64,000 nucleotides of DNA. It comes from a virus. Numbering within the stretch: the first letter of the stretch is position 1; every line of letters begins with the position of its first letter. Shown in pieces: positions 21,880 to 32,509 of the stretch. The stretch spans positions 1-64,000 of IMG/VR virus record IMGVR_UViG_3300013372_003978; one strand, 5' to 3'. The notes under the pieces were generated by a model. The model saw nothing but the letters and a program-made list of their open reading frames with translations, was not told the origin of the DNA and ran no database searches. Both the position numbers and the translations under genes were made by a program.

Positions 21880-23019
21880 ATGGCTGTTAGTACCGAAGAA
21901 AAAGATAAGTTATTTCGTCAATTTAGACATTCAGTTGGTGCACCTATTCGTCAGATAGAAGTTACTGATGAAATGTTATGTACATTATTGGAAATTTGTA
22001 TTGAAGATTATGCTCAATATGTTCAAGAATGGTTAATCGAACATCAATGGCAATCTGTATTAGGTAAGAGTATTGATACAACTGATATGGCTTTTGCTTT
22101 GAGTGTTAGAAGTTTTGATTTCATGACTCAATATACTTATGCGTATTCAAAACAAACAGGTAACCAAACCAATGGTCCATGGGAACTTAAAAAAGACTAC
22201 GTTAATATTGAAGCTGGTAGACAAGTTTATAGTATCCCAGCTAATCGTGAAGTTAATGAGGTTTTATGGATAACTCCTCCAGCAACTAGTCAAGCATTAT
22301 TAGCTAACTACGGTGGAATCGATTATGGTTTTGGTGGTGGTTTTGCACAAACAGGTGGTGGTACTGGAACAGGTGGTCCAAATGGACGTATGGGTTATTA
22401 TATTGCACCAGCATTTGATATTTTATTAACTGCTGCAGATATGAACTTAAAAAATCGTATTGTAAGAAGTGAATTAGTTTATAAAATAACTGCAGGTCCT
22501 AGTGGTACCAAATTATTACATTTATTATCAGTTCCTGGTTCTAAATTATCATTTGGTCAAGGTATTGGTGGTGTAGGTAGTTCAATTAATATGACTGGTT
22601 GTCAAGTATGGTATTTTTATTATGATACAACACCTGAAAATTTAGATGATTGTAAAAATGATAATCCAGATATTATAAAAACACCTAATCAAGTTCCTTT
22701 ATCTAAATTAGATTATGCTGATTTTAATGAACCAACTAAAACTCTTGTTCGACAATTATTTATTGCTGAAGCTAAAAAAGCATTAGGTAGAACTAGAGGT
22801 AAATTTGGTGGGATTGTTGGACCACCTGAAGCTGAAAGAACAATGGATTATGAAACACTTATATCTGAAGGAAATGAAGAGAAAAAAGCGGTTTTAGAAA
22901 GACTTGACGCAAGATTAGATAGATTATCATCGACCAAACAATTAGAAAGAGGTGCAAATGAAGCTGAATTCTTAAATAGGTCATTAAAATACAGACCATT
23001 AGGGTTCTGGGCATATTAA
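21880..23019 (+). CDS. Neck protein/head-tail adaptor (T4 gp13-like)
   Basis: N-terminal GAPIRQIEVTDE...CIEDY and C-terminal A.AK..LG..RGKFGG...DYE.L..EG.EEK, the gp13-family pattern. Confidence 0.8.
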   Translation: MAVSTEEKDKLFRQFRHSVGAPIRQIEVTDEMLCTLLEICIEDYAQYVQEWLIEHQWQSVLGKSIDTTDMAFALSVRSFDFMTQYTYAYSKQTGNQTNGPWELKKDYVNIEAGRQVYSIPANREVNEVLWITPPATSQALLANYGGIDYGFGGGFAQTGGGTGTGGPNGRMGYYIAPAFDILLTAADMNLKNRIVRSELVYKITAGPSGTKLLHLLSVPGSKLSFGQGIGGVGSSINMTGCQVWYFYYDTTPENLDDCKNDNPDIIKTPNQVPLSKLDYADFNEPTKTLVRQLFIAEAKKALGRTRGKFGGIVGPPEAERTMDYETLISEGNEEKKAVLERLDARLDRLSSTKQLERGANEAEFLNRSLKYRPLGFWAY

Positions 23020-23061
23020 ACAATAATAATAATAAATAACAAACAATTAAAAAAAAAACAA

Positions 23062-23364
23062 ATGGGATTAAAAATCACAACATCGTTACACACCGATAAA
23101 GGTGAAACATCAGAAATGTATTTAAATGTTGAAACTTTAAATATAAACAAAAAAAACATGAATCATGTTATGGTAAATAAATACTTTAACAAAGCAGCTA
23201 GAGACACTAACGACAATGATAAATGTAATTGTTTTGAAGTTAGTAGTTCATACATGTTAAATGTTGAACTAGCTGATTTAGAAACAAATTACATCTATTC
23301 TTTGGTTTATGATAAAATCAAAGTAGAGTTAGAAGGTAAAGGATTTACAGTTGAAGCACTTTAA
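23062..23364 (+). CDS. Hypothetical protein (100 aa)
   Basis: Clean ORF after an A-rich leader, followed by a terminator. Confidence 0.75.
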   Translation: MGLKITTSLHTDKGETSEMYLNVETLNINKKNMNHVMVNKYFNKAARDTNDNDKCNCFEVSSSYMLNVELADLETNYIYSLVYDKIKVELEGKGFTVEAL

Positions 23365-23370
23365 ATTAAT

Positions 23371-23404
23371 AAAAAAGGGAGGTAATTAATTACCTCCCTT
23401 TTTT
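23371..23404. terminator. Bidirectional terminator (perfect 34-bp palindrome) between convergent genes
   Basis: AAAAAAGGGAGGTAATT|AATTACCTCCCTTTTTT. Confidence 0.92.
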
Positions 23405-23407
23405 TTA

Positions 23408-26400
23408 TTAAAAACCCCATTCATCAGGTTCTTCTTCTTCTTGTACTTCTTCTACTAGAGAATTATATTCATCAACAATATAATCTTCTGGCATATCACC
23501 AAATGTATCATCAAACTCATCGTCTAAAATAATGGTTTCATCAGTTCTAGTTAAATTTCCATCACCATCTTTTTTAAATTCTAACTCATCATCTTCGCTA
23601 TCTTCTGAAACAACTTTTTTCTTTTTAGGTTCATCACTTACCACAATTACTTTTTCAGCTGCTTCCTTTAATTTATCAATAGAAATATCAGTATTTTCTA
23701 ATAATTCAATTTCTTCATAAGTATTTGTAATTGTTTCTCCACTCATAAAGTTTAATTCTGTTAGATATTCCAAATATAATTCATATCTATTATCTATGTT
23801 ATTTATGTTAGTTAATTGATAGTATTTATCCCTTTCGATTGCTTCAAGTTTATATTTGAAAATATCGTCATAACTGCATAACATTTCACCCCATTTTCTG
23901 GAAAGTAAATAAACACCACCATCATTATCAACATCAACATCGGCAATTACAAATACATCTATAGGTAATGTTGATTTAGTTACAATATCTCTTAAGTCTT
24001 GAAGTTCTAAATGTTTAAATATATCATCTAATACCTCTTTTTCATGTTTAATACCTTCTATCTTGGCAATACGCATACGTTCAACATAATCAATTTGAAG
24101 AACATCCCATTCTTCTTGTGTCATATTATTAGGTAATTTATTAACTTTAATCCAGAATTTAATTTCCTTATCTTCCATACGCATTAAGTCTTCATAAGAA
24201 TCTTGGTCACCTGGTTTATTTGAAATACCTGAAACTAATTCACATTCAGCTATGGTAAATACTGTTCTATCTTTAAGTTTTTCAGTTATTTTTTTAGTTG
24301 TTTTATCTTTTACCTTAACAATATCTAATATTACACTATTACGAACATCTAAATTAAAACAAACCAATAATGGTTTTATTTTTTTATTGAAAGCATCTAA
24401 ATAACGAGCAACATTATATTCATCTGTATATAGTTCAGAGTTGATTTGCTCAATCCTTTCACCAGTACTAGTAAAAGCATCCATATTAATATTATCTTCG
24501 CTCTCCATCGCTGTTATGGCTTTTTTAAGCATTTCTAATTCTTTAATCATTTCAAAATCATGCTCAATAACTTTTGGGTCAATTAATTTACAATTTAATT
24601 GAACTTCTCTTTTAACTGTTGGTATTGGAGAATCTGGATTATCAATAACCCATTTCTCAGTTTGTTTTTTAGTCATTTTATTCAAATGAACAGTTTTCAA
24701 ATCACCATGAGATTTAGATGTACCAGTGTTGATATAAAATAAAGTATCACCTAATGTCACGTCTAATCCAGCTTGCATTGCTAATTCCATGTGTGCTTGT
24801 TTAGGCATAGGATTACCAGCTTTATTTTTCATTGTAGCTTTCTTTTTATAATCAGCTATGTTTGATTTAATTTTAGCTTTAGATGCTATCTTAACCAATG
24901 GAATTTGATAGTTATAAATCTTATCTACATACTCATAATAATAATTGATAAATGAATGACCATCACCATCCAACAACATACGAATCCCTTTACCTAAAAA
25001 TTCTTCAATATAAACTGACATTTTTTTAGATTTAACAGAGTTACCAACTAACTTAATCTTACCACCAATATCATTAGCATAATTTTTTCTAGCAAAGTTA
25101 ATCGTTGAACTACAAACATCATCTAAATCCAATCCCATACGACCTTCCATATAAATTTCATTAAATTCAGCCAAAGCAGCATCAATACCTATTAACTCTT
25201 TACCAGCATCATCAATTGTTTTCCAATGACTACCTTTAGCTACATATTTAATTTCATTAATATTAGCTGGTGCTGCAAAGTTAAAACCATCAGTGTCACC
25301 TACAAGAGCACGAAATCCGTGAGTTTCTGTAAAGTGTTTTACCATTAAACGTAAGTATTGACGACCACGACATGTAGTTTCTTCAGCAGAGTCAGTATCA
25401 CCCCAATTAAAGATGTAAGGAGCACCATATGAACCAAACCATGAGTTAGCAAGAATCTTAAGTGGTAATTGTTTCTTATCATATAAATTAGATAAAGCTT
25501 TATGGTCATGAACTAATTTTTTATATTCTTCTTTTTGTTCTGAAGTTAAATCTTTACCTTCTTTTAATAATGCATCATATTTCTTAGCTGTTTTCTTTTC
25601 AGTACCAGTTAAGAATTTAAATTTATCACGTGTATCTACCACATAAGTAAGGATACCTTCCATTACACCACTAATATCCAAGTCAGGAAAAATTTTATGT
25701 GTAATCTGAGTTTTAGGGTATAATGCAGCATAATCTAATTTATATACATCTCTAGCATAACCTAATTCTAATAGACGAGAAAGTCCACCAGTAAAGTCTC
25801 TTTTAGTTTGTGTTTCTGGAATTGCTAATCCATTCTCATAAGACCATGCAGCCATAATAAGTTTCCACTGACCAGCGGTACCCATTGTTGATGAACGTTG
25901 AAATGATGTTGGAAGCATTTTTGCAATAAGGAAACTGGCTTGGTTAAAAATATTATCAATTTGTTCAGTTTCCCACAAGTCATCACATAAATAACGTTGT
26001 ACGATATAATCACCTTTTTTAATAACATAACCTTCTTTTAAAGGAGTCTTATCAGTAATCATATACCAATCACCATTGGAATCATTAAATGCATATTGAT
26101 TATCTTTATCTTTCCATGTAGTATTAATTTTATCACCAGGAACATAAACACGATTAGGTTTAGCTATATCTGAATATTGTGTAATGTACTTCAAACCCCA
26201 AGATTTAATCTCTGAGTTAATTGCCATTGCTCTACGAACAGCATGTGAAATATCCATAATATTATAACCATACATATTTGTTTGTAAGTAATGTTCTGTT
26301 TCACCACCAAACTTAACTGTAGCTGGTTTACGTTTTATTTTAGAAATTCTATTCAATGTGACAGCTAAATCTGTTATTGGAATAGATAAACGCTCTGCAC

Positions 26401-27142
26401 GCTCAAATAAGAATGGCCAGTCAAAGTTTTCTGAATTATAACCAGTAATAATATCTGGTTGGATAAAATCAATTATTTTGAAGAATTTAGTGATTGTTGC
26501 TCTTTCTTCATTTCTTTTCTCTTGAAGAGTTTCACCTTTTACTTCTAATACGTGTTCCATTTTTCTGTTATCTCTAACACCAATTTGGAATATACTATCT
26601 TTACTAGCAAAAAGGCCAGTAGTTTCCAAGTCAAATTGAAATCTATGCACATCATCATAATCGTCCATACCTTTAAACAAACGCTTACCACTTTGGATAA
26701 GAAATTGTTCATCAGCTCTAAACATTACGAAATTTTTAGAAAAATCTTTATGAAATACATCAACACCACCATTTTTAAAAAAGTTAATTAAATCATTATA
26801 TGATTTGTTGCAGGTTGCCATGTATTTGTATCCACGTTCAAGTCTTTCGGGAGAAAAGCCTTCAGAATTACTAGTTCTTAATTCACTGATTTTAACACCA
26901 TAACTACGACCAGCTTCTATTCTTTTTACACGATTACCACCATAAAGAATACTAGTAATATCGTGTTTAAACCATAAGAAAGGTTTAAAAGGGTGTGGTT
27001 CTAATCTTTTACCAGTTACTGGGTCATTGATTACTAGTGTGACAGTAGGTTCACTATATCCAGCTTCAATGGCTACAATATATTCTTGTGGGTCAGAACC
27101 TTGCAAGAAATTCTCAATTACTTCATTACTTATTTTGCTCAT
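23408..27142 (-). CDS. polB: Family B DNA polymerase with 3'-5' exonuclease
   Basis: ExoI FDLETTG, ExoII GYNSENFDW, ExoIII YLCDD, motif A DYAALYP, motif B KILANSWFG, motif C GDTDG, and KNYA. Confidence 0.95.
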   Translation of the reverse strand: MSKISNEVIENFLQGSDPQEYIVAIEAGYSEPTVTLVINDPVTGKRLEPHPFKPFLWFKHDITSILYGGNRVKRIEAGRSYGVKISELRTSNSEGFSPERLERGYKYMATCNKSYNDLINFFKNGGVDVFHKDFSKNFVMFRADEQFLIQSGKRLFKGMDDYDDVHRFQFDLETTGLFASKDSIFQIGVRDNRKMEHVLEVKGETLQEKRNEERATITKFFKIIDFIQPDIITGYNSENFDWPFLFERAERLSIPITDLAVTLNRISKIKRKPATVKFGGETEHYLQTNMYGYNIMDISHAVRRAMAINSEIKSWGLKYITQYSDIAKPNRVYVPGDKINTTWKDKDNQYAFNDSNGDWYMITDKTPLKEGYVIKKGDYIVQRYLCDDLWETEQIDNIFNQASFLIAKMLPTSFQRSSTMGTAGQWKLIMAAWSYENGLAIPETQTKRDFTGGLSRLLELGYARDVYKLDYAALYPKTQITHKIFPDLDISGVMEGILTYVVDTRDKFKFLTGTEKKTAKKYDALLKEGKDLTSEQKEEYKKLVHDHKALSNLYDKKQLPLKILANSWFGSYGAPYIFNWGDTDSAEETTCRGRQYLRLMVKHFTETHGFRALVGDTDGFNFAAPANINEIKYVAKGSHWKTIDDAGKELIGIDAALAEFNEIYMEGRMGLDLDDVCSSTINFARKNYANDIGGKIKLVGNSVKSKKMSVYIEEFLGKGIRMLLDGDGHSFINYYYEYVDKIYNYQIPLVKIASKAKIKSNIADYKKKATMKNKAGNPMPKQAHMELAMQAGLDVTLGDTLFYINTGTSKSHGDLKTVHLNKMTKKQTEKWVIDNPDSPIPTVKREVQLNCKLIDPKVIEHDFEMIKELEMLKKAITAMESEDNINMDAFTSTGERIEQINSELYTDEYNVARYLDAFNKKIKPLLVCFNLDVRNSVILDIVKVKDKTTKKITEKLKDRTVFTIAECELVSGISNKPGDQDSYEDLMRMEDKEIKFWIKVNKLPNNMTQEEWDVLQIDYVERMRIAKIEGIKHEKEVLDDIFKHLELQDLRDIVTKSTLPIDVFVIADVDVDNDGGVYLLSRKWGEMLCSYDDIFKYKLEAIERDKYYQLTNINNIDNRYELYLEYLTELNFMSGETITNTYEEIELLENTDISIDKLKEAAEKVIVVSDEPKKKKVVSEDSEDDELEFKKDGDGNLTRTDETIILDDEFDDTFGDMPEDYIVDEYNSLVEEVQEEEEPDEWGF

Positions 27143-27157
27143 GTTATAAATTTTTTA

Positions 27158-27189
27158 CAAATCTACAAAACAAAATTTAATTAAACAAA
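27158..27189 (-). promoter_or_regulatory. Bacteroidota sigma-A-type promoter for polB (TTTG-N20-TAGATTTG)
   Basis: Exact match to the -33 TTTG / -7 TAnnTTTG consensus with a 20-nt spacer. Confidence 0.8.
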
Positions 27190-27211
27190 TGATTTAGGGT
27201 AATTATTTTTT

Positions 27212-27259
27212 AACTTGGTGATGCACAAAGTTACCGATTTATTTTGAGTTCACCAAGTT
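27212..27259 (-). promoter_or_regulatory. Second promoter (CTTG-N20-TAACTTTG) embedded in a 10-bp inverted repeat
   Basis: IR AACTTGGTGA (27212-21) / TCACCAAGTT (27250-59); -7 box at 27226-33 on the minus strand. Confidence 0.6.
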
Positions 27260-27266
27260 TTTGTGG

Positions 27267-27641
27267 TTATTTTTTTATTCCGCTATCTAAAACGTTAACA
27301 TATAAGTCTTCTCTGATAGGTACAATAAGGGTTCCACTACCGTCATTAAAAGTAATTTCAAATTTAGCGACATATCTACCAGCAACGCTAGTTTGTTTTT
27401 GAGTAAATTGATATGTTAAATAATATTCATCACCAACACAATCACTTGCAGGTAATACTTGTTGATATTGTGCTGTTGCTTTACCTATTTTAATAACACC
27501 TGTTACAATATCGGTCATGGTAAATGTTAAAGTTGAATCTTCTACTTTGTCATAAAAGCGTTGAAAATCATTTCTTCCATCTTTAATAAGCTCCAATTTC
27601 AAAATTGGAAGTGTTGAGTTTTTTACTATGTGAAATTCCAT
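27267..27641 (-). CDS. BppU-N/DUF2479-like baseplate domain protein
   Basis: F.I..NSTLP.L.LEL, TFTM, Y.F....TS.AG.Y...F.ITF.DG..L..P pattern. Confidence 0.6.
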   Translation of the reverse strand: MEFHIVKNSTLPILKLELIKDGRNDFQRFYDKVEDSTLTFTMTDIVTGVIKIGKATAQYQQVLPASDCVGDEYYLTYQFTQKQTSVAGRYVAKFEITFNDGSGTLIVPIREDLYVNVLDSGIKK

Positions 27642-27652
27642 ATATTAATTTA

Positions 27653-30637
27653 TTAACCTAATGTAATTGTTTTTGTAATCCCATTAATTCTTATTTTTAA
27701 TCCAGTATCTGTATTTGATTCTAACCAAATATCACCATCATTTGGTGCACTTGGTGCTGGACCAACCTCAAGTTTCATAATAGCACTTGCAGTTGTTGAT
27801 GCAGCAATATGTAAATTTGCTGTTGGATTAACTACATTTATACCAATTCTACCATTTGTTTGTGCTGACATAATTGGATTACCTAATATTGTTCCATATG
27901 TATTTTTTCCAAATAAAACACCGCCAATATTTAGACTATTTGTTGTTCCAGATGGTAATGTTATATTTGTACCAATAATAATATTATTTGAACCTAAATT
28001 ATTAGTACCAAATGTTTTACCAGCACAATAACCAAAGAAATTTGAATAAGATGCATTTGATGCTAGATAACCAGCATTAGTACCAATAAAATTTGAATCA
28101 TTTGCGTATGTTGCATAAGGACCAGCACCCTGACCCATAAAATTTGAACGACTAGCACCTGGTGCACTTTGACCAGCATATGAACCTATGAAATTTGAAT
28201 TTGTTGCACCTGTTGCACTATAACCAGCCCAATAACCAAAGAAATTTGAACGAATAGCATTTATCGCACCATTACCAGCATTACCACCAAAGAAATTTGA
28301 ATTATCAGCATTAGTTGCACCATAACCAGCACTACCACCAACAAAAAATGAACTATTAGCATAAGTTGCATTTTGACCAGCCAGAGAACCTAAGAAATTT
28401 GAATAACTAGCGTTTGTTGCACTTTCACCAGCTTGATAACCAACAAAAAATGAACCTCTGGCATTTGTCGCATTTCTACCAGCCCACATACCAATGAAAT
28501 TTGCCTCATAAGCGGCACTTGCATATTGACCAGTTTCGTAACCAATGAAATTTGCACGATAAGCATTAGTTGCACCATAACCAGCATTATAACCCAAGAA
28601 ATTTGATTGACCAGCAGATGTTGCACCATAACCAGCATTCCAACCTAAGAAATTTGATTGACCAGCACTTGATGCACCATAACCAGCTTGATATCCAAAG
28701 AAATTTGAATTAGAAGAGAATTTTGCACCATAACCAGCATTCCAACCAAAGAAATTTGAATAACTAGCAATTGTTGCACCAGAACCAGCTTGAACACCAA
28801 AGAAATTTGAATTACTTGCACCTGTTGCTAAATAACCAGTTCCAGATAATCCAGTTGAAAATAGACTACTAGTATTTACAATTGTTATTGGTGATGTTGA
28901 ACCGTTACTTCCAGTAGATGCTGATATAGTAACTACATTACCACTTGCATCAACACCAATAGGTTGACCTGCACTTGTTGTAGCTGAACTAGTAAGTCTT
29001 TCTAACCTTAATCCTGATGTATCTGGTGCTTCACTATATATATGAAGTGTATTTGTTGGATTAACAACATTAATACCAATCTTACCTGTTGTCTGTGCTA
29101 CGATGCTTGGGTCACCTCCTGTCGTACCATAAGTACCCGTTCCAAATAAAACACCACCTAAATTAATTGAATTTGTTGTACCTGAAGGTAAACTAATATT
29201 TGTTCCAATAATTATATTATTTGAACCTAGGCTACCTAATATTTCGCCATCACCAACACTATAACCAATAAGTGTTGAATAACTAGCACCTGTTGCTAGA
29301 TAACCAACATTATAACCCATAAAATTTGAATATGGTGCATTTGATGCACCATTACCAGCACCAACACCAAAGAAATTTGAAAAACTTGCATTTTTTGCAT
29401 TATAACCAGCACTATAACCAAAAAAGTTAGAAAAACCAGCACCTGATGCTTGAAAACCAGCAGAATCACCAAAGAAATTTGAACGATAAGCGTTTCTTGC
29501 ACTTTGACCAGCTCTATTACCCATAAAATTTGATTGATTTGCATTATATGCACCATTACCAGCACCCCAACCTAAAAAATTTGAATAACTAGCACCTGTT
29601 GCGGCATCACCAGCATAATATCCAATAAAATTTGAATATGGTGCATTAGTTGCTTGATAACCAGCCCTAGCACCAATGAAATTTGAATTACTAGCACCTG
29701 ATGCTTCATAACCAGCATTCAATCCTAAGAAATTTGAATAATAAGCGTTTGTTGCACTACCACCAGCACCACCACCTAGGAAATTTGATTGATTAGCACC
29801 TGATGCTTGGTAACCAGCACCTTGACCAATGAAATTTGATTGATATGCATTTGTTGCTTGAGAACCAGCTTCTCCACCAAAGAAATTTGAATAAAAAGCA
29901 CCTGTTGCGAGCAAACCAGCTCCATTACCTAAGAAATTTGATTGAGAAGCACCTATTGCACCATTACCAGCATTCAATCCTAAGAAATTTGAATTATTAG
30001 CACCACTTGCTTGATAACCAGCATTTTGACCAAAGAAATTTGATTGATATGCATTAGTTGCACCATAACCAGCTTGCTCACCAAAGAAATTTGAATTATA
30101 ACTATTTGTTGCGTTTCTACCAGCACTAGGGCCAAAGAAATTTGAACCACTGGCATTTAGAGCATTTTCACCAGCTTGTGTGCTAAAGAAATTTGATTGG
30201 CTAGCGTTTGTTGCACCATTACCAGCTGTATTACCAAAGAAGTTTGAATTAGTAGCACTTGATGCTTGCCTACCAGCTTGATTACCTAAGAAATTTGAAC
30301 CACTGGCATTAGGTGCATTATAACCAGCTTGAAGACCAACAACAAACATATCATTAGATAAAGCCTCAGCACCATCACCAATTGCTATAGAACTAGTCCC
30401 TGATGCGATAGGTAATATTGTAGGTGGTGTGTCATTTTCAGCATACCATGCAGGGCCATCATAAAAACCAGTTACATTAAACGTAGCCCCTGTATTGTTT
30501 GTAAAAGTAGTTGTACCAGCAGTATATGTAGCACCAGTAACAAAAGTATTTTCATAATACCTTTGTGATATTTTTAAATTACTATCTAATGATGGATACC
30601 CACCAGCTTTATCTTTATTTAACTTACTTTCAAACAT
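27653..30637 (-). CDS. Tail fibre/adhesin with two 17-aa repeat arrays (994 aa)
   Basis: N-terminal K.KAGGYPSLD motif; two arrays, each closed by GSNNIIIGTNI...GGVLFG...G.IGINVVNPT. Confidence 0.85.
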   Translation of the reverse strand: MFESKLNKDKAGGYPSLDSNLKISQRYYENTFVTGATYTAGTTTFTNNTGATFNVTGFYDGPAWYAENDTPPTILPIASGTSSIAIGDGAEALSNDMFVVGLQAGYNAPNASGSNFLGNQAGRQASSATNSNFFGNTAGNGATNASQSNFFSTQAGENALNASGSNFFGPSAGRNATNSYNSNFFGEQAGYGATNAYQSNFFGQNAGYQASGANNSNFLGLNAGNGAIGASQSNFLGNGAGLLATGAFYSNFFGGEAGSQATNAYQSNFIGQGAGYQASGANQSNFLGGGAGGSATNAYYSNFLGLNAGYEASGASNSNFIGARAGYQATNAPYSNFIGYYAGDAATGASYSNFLGWGAGNGAYNANQSNFMGNRAGQSARNAYRSNFFGDSAGFQASGAGFSNFFGYSAGYNAKNASFSNFFGVGAGNGASNAPYSNFMGYNVGYLATGASYSTLIGYSVGDGEILGSLGSNNIIIGTNISLPSGTTNSINLGGVLFGTGTYGTTGGDPSIVAQTTGKIGINVVNPTNTLHIYSEAPDTSGLRLERLTSSATTSAGQPIGVDASGNVVTISASTGSNGSTSPITIVNTSSLFSTGLSGTGYLATGASNSNFFGVQAGSGATIASYSNFFGWNAGYGAKFSSNSNFFGYQAGYGASSAGQSNFLGWNAGYGATSAGQSNFLGYNAGYGATNAYRANFIGYETGQYASAAYEANFIGMWAGRNATNARGSFFVGYQAGESATNASYSNFLGSLAGQNATYANSSFFVGGSAGYGATNADNSNFFGGNAGNGAINAIRSNFFGYWAGYSATGATNSNFIGSYAGQSAPGASRSNFMGQGAGPYATYANDSNFIGTNAGYLASNASYSNFFGYCAGKTFGTNNLGSNNIIIGTNITLPSGTTNSLNIGGVLFGKNTYGTILGNPIMSAQTNGRIGINVVNPTANLHIAASTTASAIMKLEVGPAPSAPNDGDIWLESNTDTGLKIRINGITKTITLG
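28000..28850 (-). repeat. Array 2 of 17-aa repeats (~16 units)
   Basis: Counted from the translation. Confidence 0.93.
29235..30350 (-). repeat. Array 3 of 17-aa repeats (~21 units)
   Basis: Counted from the translation. Confidence 0.93.
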
Positions 30638-30639
30638 AT

Positions 30640-30882
30640 TTATTTATTTTTTAATAAAGCTATTAACTCATTTTCTTCTTCTTTAGATATTGGTTTACTT
30701 TTTTGTAAGTTAACAATTTCTTTTAATTGTTCTGGGAAAAAAACACCATTTAATGCTTCTTTAGCAGTTTCACATTCTCTGTATGTCATTTCAAATGCTT
30801 CTTTTATATCATCAACCCAAGTTTCAGTTTCTACTGATTTAAGATATTTGTTGTCTGTTGTTCTTTTTATATATTTTACCAT
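30640..30882 (-). CDS. Small hypothetical protein (80 aa)
   Basis: Co-oriented and tightly packed. Confidence 0.7.
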   Translation of the reverse strand: MVKYIKRTTDNKYLKSVETETWVDDIKEAFEMTYRECETAKEALNGVFFPEQLKEIVNLQKSKPISKEEENELIALLKNK

Positions 30883-30899
30883 TGTTTTTTCTTTTAAAT

Positions 30900-31877
30900 T
30901 TAATCGTTAAAAACTTCAAATGTTAATGTGTTATTAGGTGCAAATTGATTTTTTATATTGGTTGGCATTGTCAATATTATACCATTTTCAATGCTTCCAT
31001 TTACTGAATACGTACCTAAAAAATTAGTACCTATATCACTATTCAATTTTGCAACCAATTCTATCATTGTACTAACTTCAGTATATGTTTCATTGTAGAA
31101 TGTCTGAATTAAATCACCACCAACATATAAACTTACTGATGCATTCCCATAAGGAAGACCTGAAACATTTAATCCGTATACTAGTATTGGTGTTGTGTCA
31201 AAATCTCTTTTGATACTAATTTCAACTGGTGTGTAGTATAGTCCATTATCAGCCAAATCACCACCAGATAACACATCAATAAAAACAGCACTATCTTTAG
31301 TATCAAAACTACTAATACCAGGGATTGGAATTGGAAAATTAAAAGGGTCACCACCACCATCAAAGGGGTATTTAATTTGAGAACTTATTTTTGTTCTACT
31401 TCTTGGAAATTGATTAATAATAGGTCCTAATGAAGAATTAACACCAATATAATATCCAAACCCACCAAAAGGTGCTTGTTGCCAATAAATATCAAACCCT
31501 AAGTCATTTTCTAGCACATCGACAATCAATTCACCCAAAGAGGATAATTCAGAAGCGTTATCCCAAATTGTAGGTGTTTCCCCTGTTGCGACAAACACAC
31601 ACCCAGTTTCATTAATAACCCCACTTTGCACGTTAGCAATGTTACTAAAGTCATCACCACTCTGAAATGTTGTTATTGCATAGGTTTCACCTATAATTAA
31701 ACCATAATTAAAATAACTCAAACTAGTTCCAGTAATAGAACCTGTTTGTGTTAATAATGCACTATATTTTGCAAAATTATTTGTTGATGTACCTGTAACA
31801 ACCAAACTACCTTGAATTGTTAAATTACCATTTATTGTTTGTCCTGATACGTTGTTTACTATGTATTTTGTTCCCAT
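30900..31877 (-). CDS. Hypothetical virion protein (325 aa)
   Basis: Fibre-like N-terminus (QTINGNLTIQGSL) and KYSALLTQ.G motif. Confidence 0.7.
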   Translation of the reverse strand: MGTKYIVNNVSGQTINGNLTIQGSLVVTGTSTNNFAKYSALLTQTGSITGTSLSYFNYGLIIGETYAITTFQSGDDFSNIANVQSGVINETGCVFVATGETPTIWDNASELSSLGELIVDVLENDLGFDIYWQQAPFGGFGYYIGVNSSLGPIINQFPRSRTKISSQIKYPFDGGGDPFNFPIPIPGISSFDTKDSAVFIDVLSGGDLADNGLYYTPVEISIKRDFDTTPILVYGLNVSGLPYGNASVSLYVGGDLIQTFYNETYTEVSTMIELVAKLNSDIGTNFLGTYSVNGSIENGIILTMPTNIKNQFAPNNTLTFEVFND

Positions 31878-31879
31878 AT

Positions 31880-32509
31880 TTATTTTTGAAAATGTCTTTC
31901 AATTCTTTTACTTAATCTAACCCTAGGGTCTGTTATTTTTCTATTAACCTCTTCATATGTCAACACAAAACCAAAACTTAAAAAAATTCTTCTAGAATTA
32001 AATTCGTTGGTCCAATGTTTGTACAATGAAGCTTCAAAACAATATAAATCGGTTTCTTCTATGTTAACCACTTCGTCACCGACATAAAAATCATAATCCT
32101 CAGATAAAATGCTTATATTGCATTTATAATTAACATAACCATCAATCGATGCATCATAATGTGGATTTATCTTTCCACCTTTGTTCATATCAACCGCTTG
32201 GAGAAAAACATTTTCTTTTGGTATATTTAACTCATTTGAGATTCTATCTATAATTACATGGATAAAATCTGGCAACGGTTCGTTTGATACATCAGATATT
32301 GACTGAAACTTAGTTATATAATTTGTCAACTCTGTATTTGATATATTGAAAATACATGATTTACCTTTTAGTGTTTTGGATAACTCTGATAAATGATAAT
32401 TGCTATCATCACCAGTATGGTTAACAGAATCTATCCATTTAACTATTTGGTTTGCCTCATCTTTTGTGATGAAGTTTTTTTTAATTTTATATGTTTTCGA
32501 ATCTACCAT
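31880..32509 (-). CDS. 2OG-Fe(II) oxygenase
   Basis: HxD (INPHYD), distal His (YKHWT) and R..LS (SRRIFLS). Start taken at ATG 32509 (MVDSK) rather than 32569. Confidence 0.82.
   Translation of the reverse strand: MVDSKTYKIKKNFITKDEANQIVKWIDSVNHTGDDSNYHLSELSKTLKGKSCIFNISNTELTNYITKFQSISDVSNEPLPDFIHVIIDRISNELNIPKENVFLQAVDMNKGGKINPHYDASIDGYVNYKCNISILSEDYDFYVGDEVVNIEETDLYCFEASLYKHWTNEFNSRRIFLSFGFVLTYEEVNRKITDPRVRLSKRIERHFQK

Noticed and set aside
23408-27142. Intein or intron in the long PolB
   Set aside because: Polymerase motifs are normally spaced, with no C/S...HN-C/S/T splice pattern or LAGLIDADG insert. The extra length is C-terminal.
27143-27266. tRNA or other known structured RNA in the larger intergenic gaps
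   Set aside because: No cloverleaf or T-loop (GTTCRA) consensus is visible; the gaps are explained by promoters and terminators.
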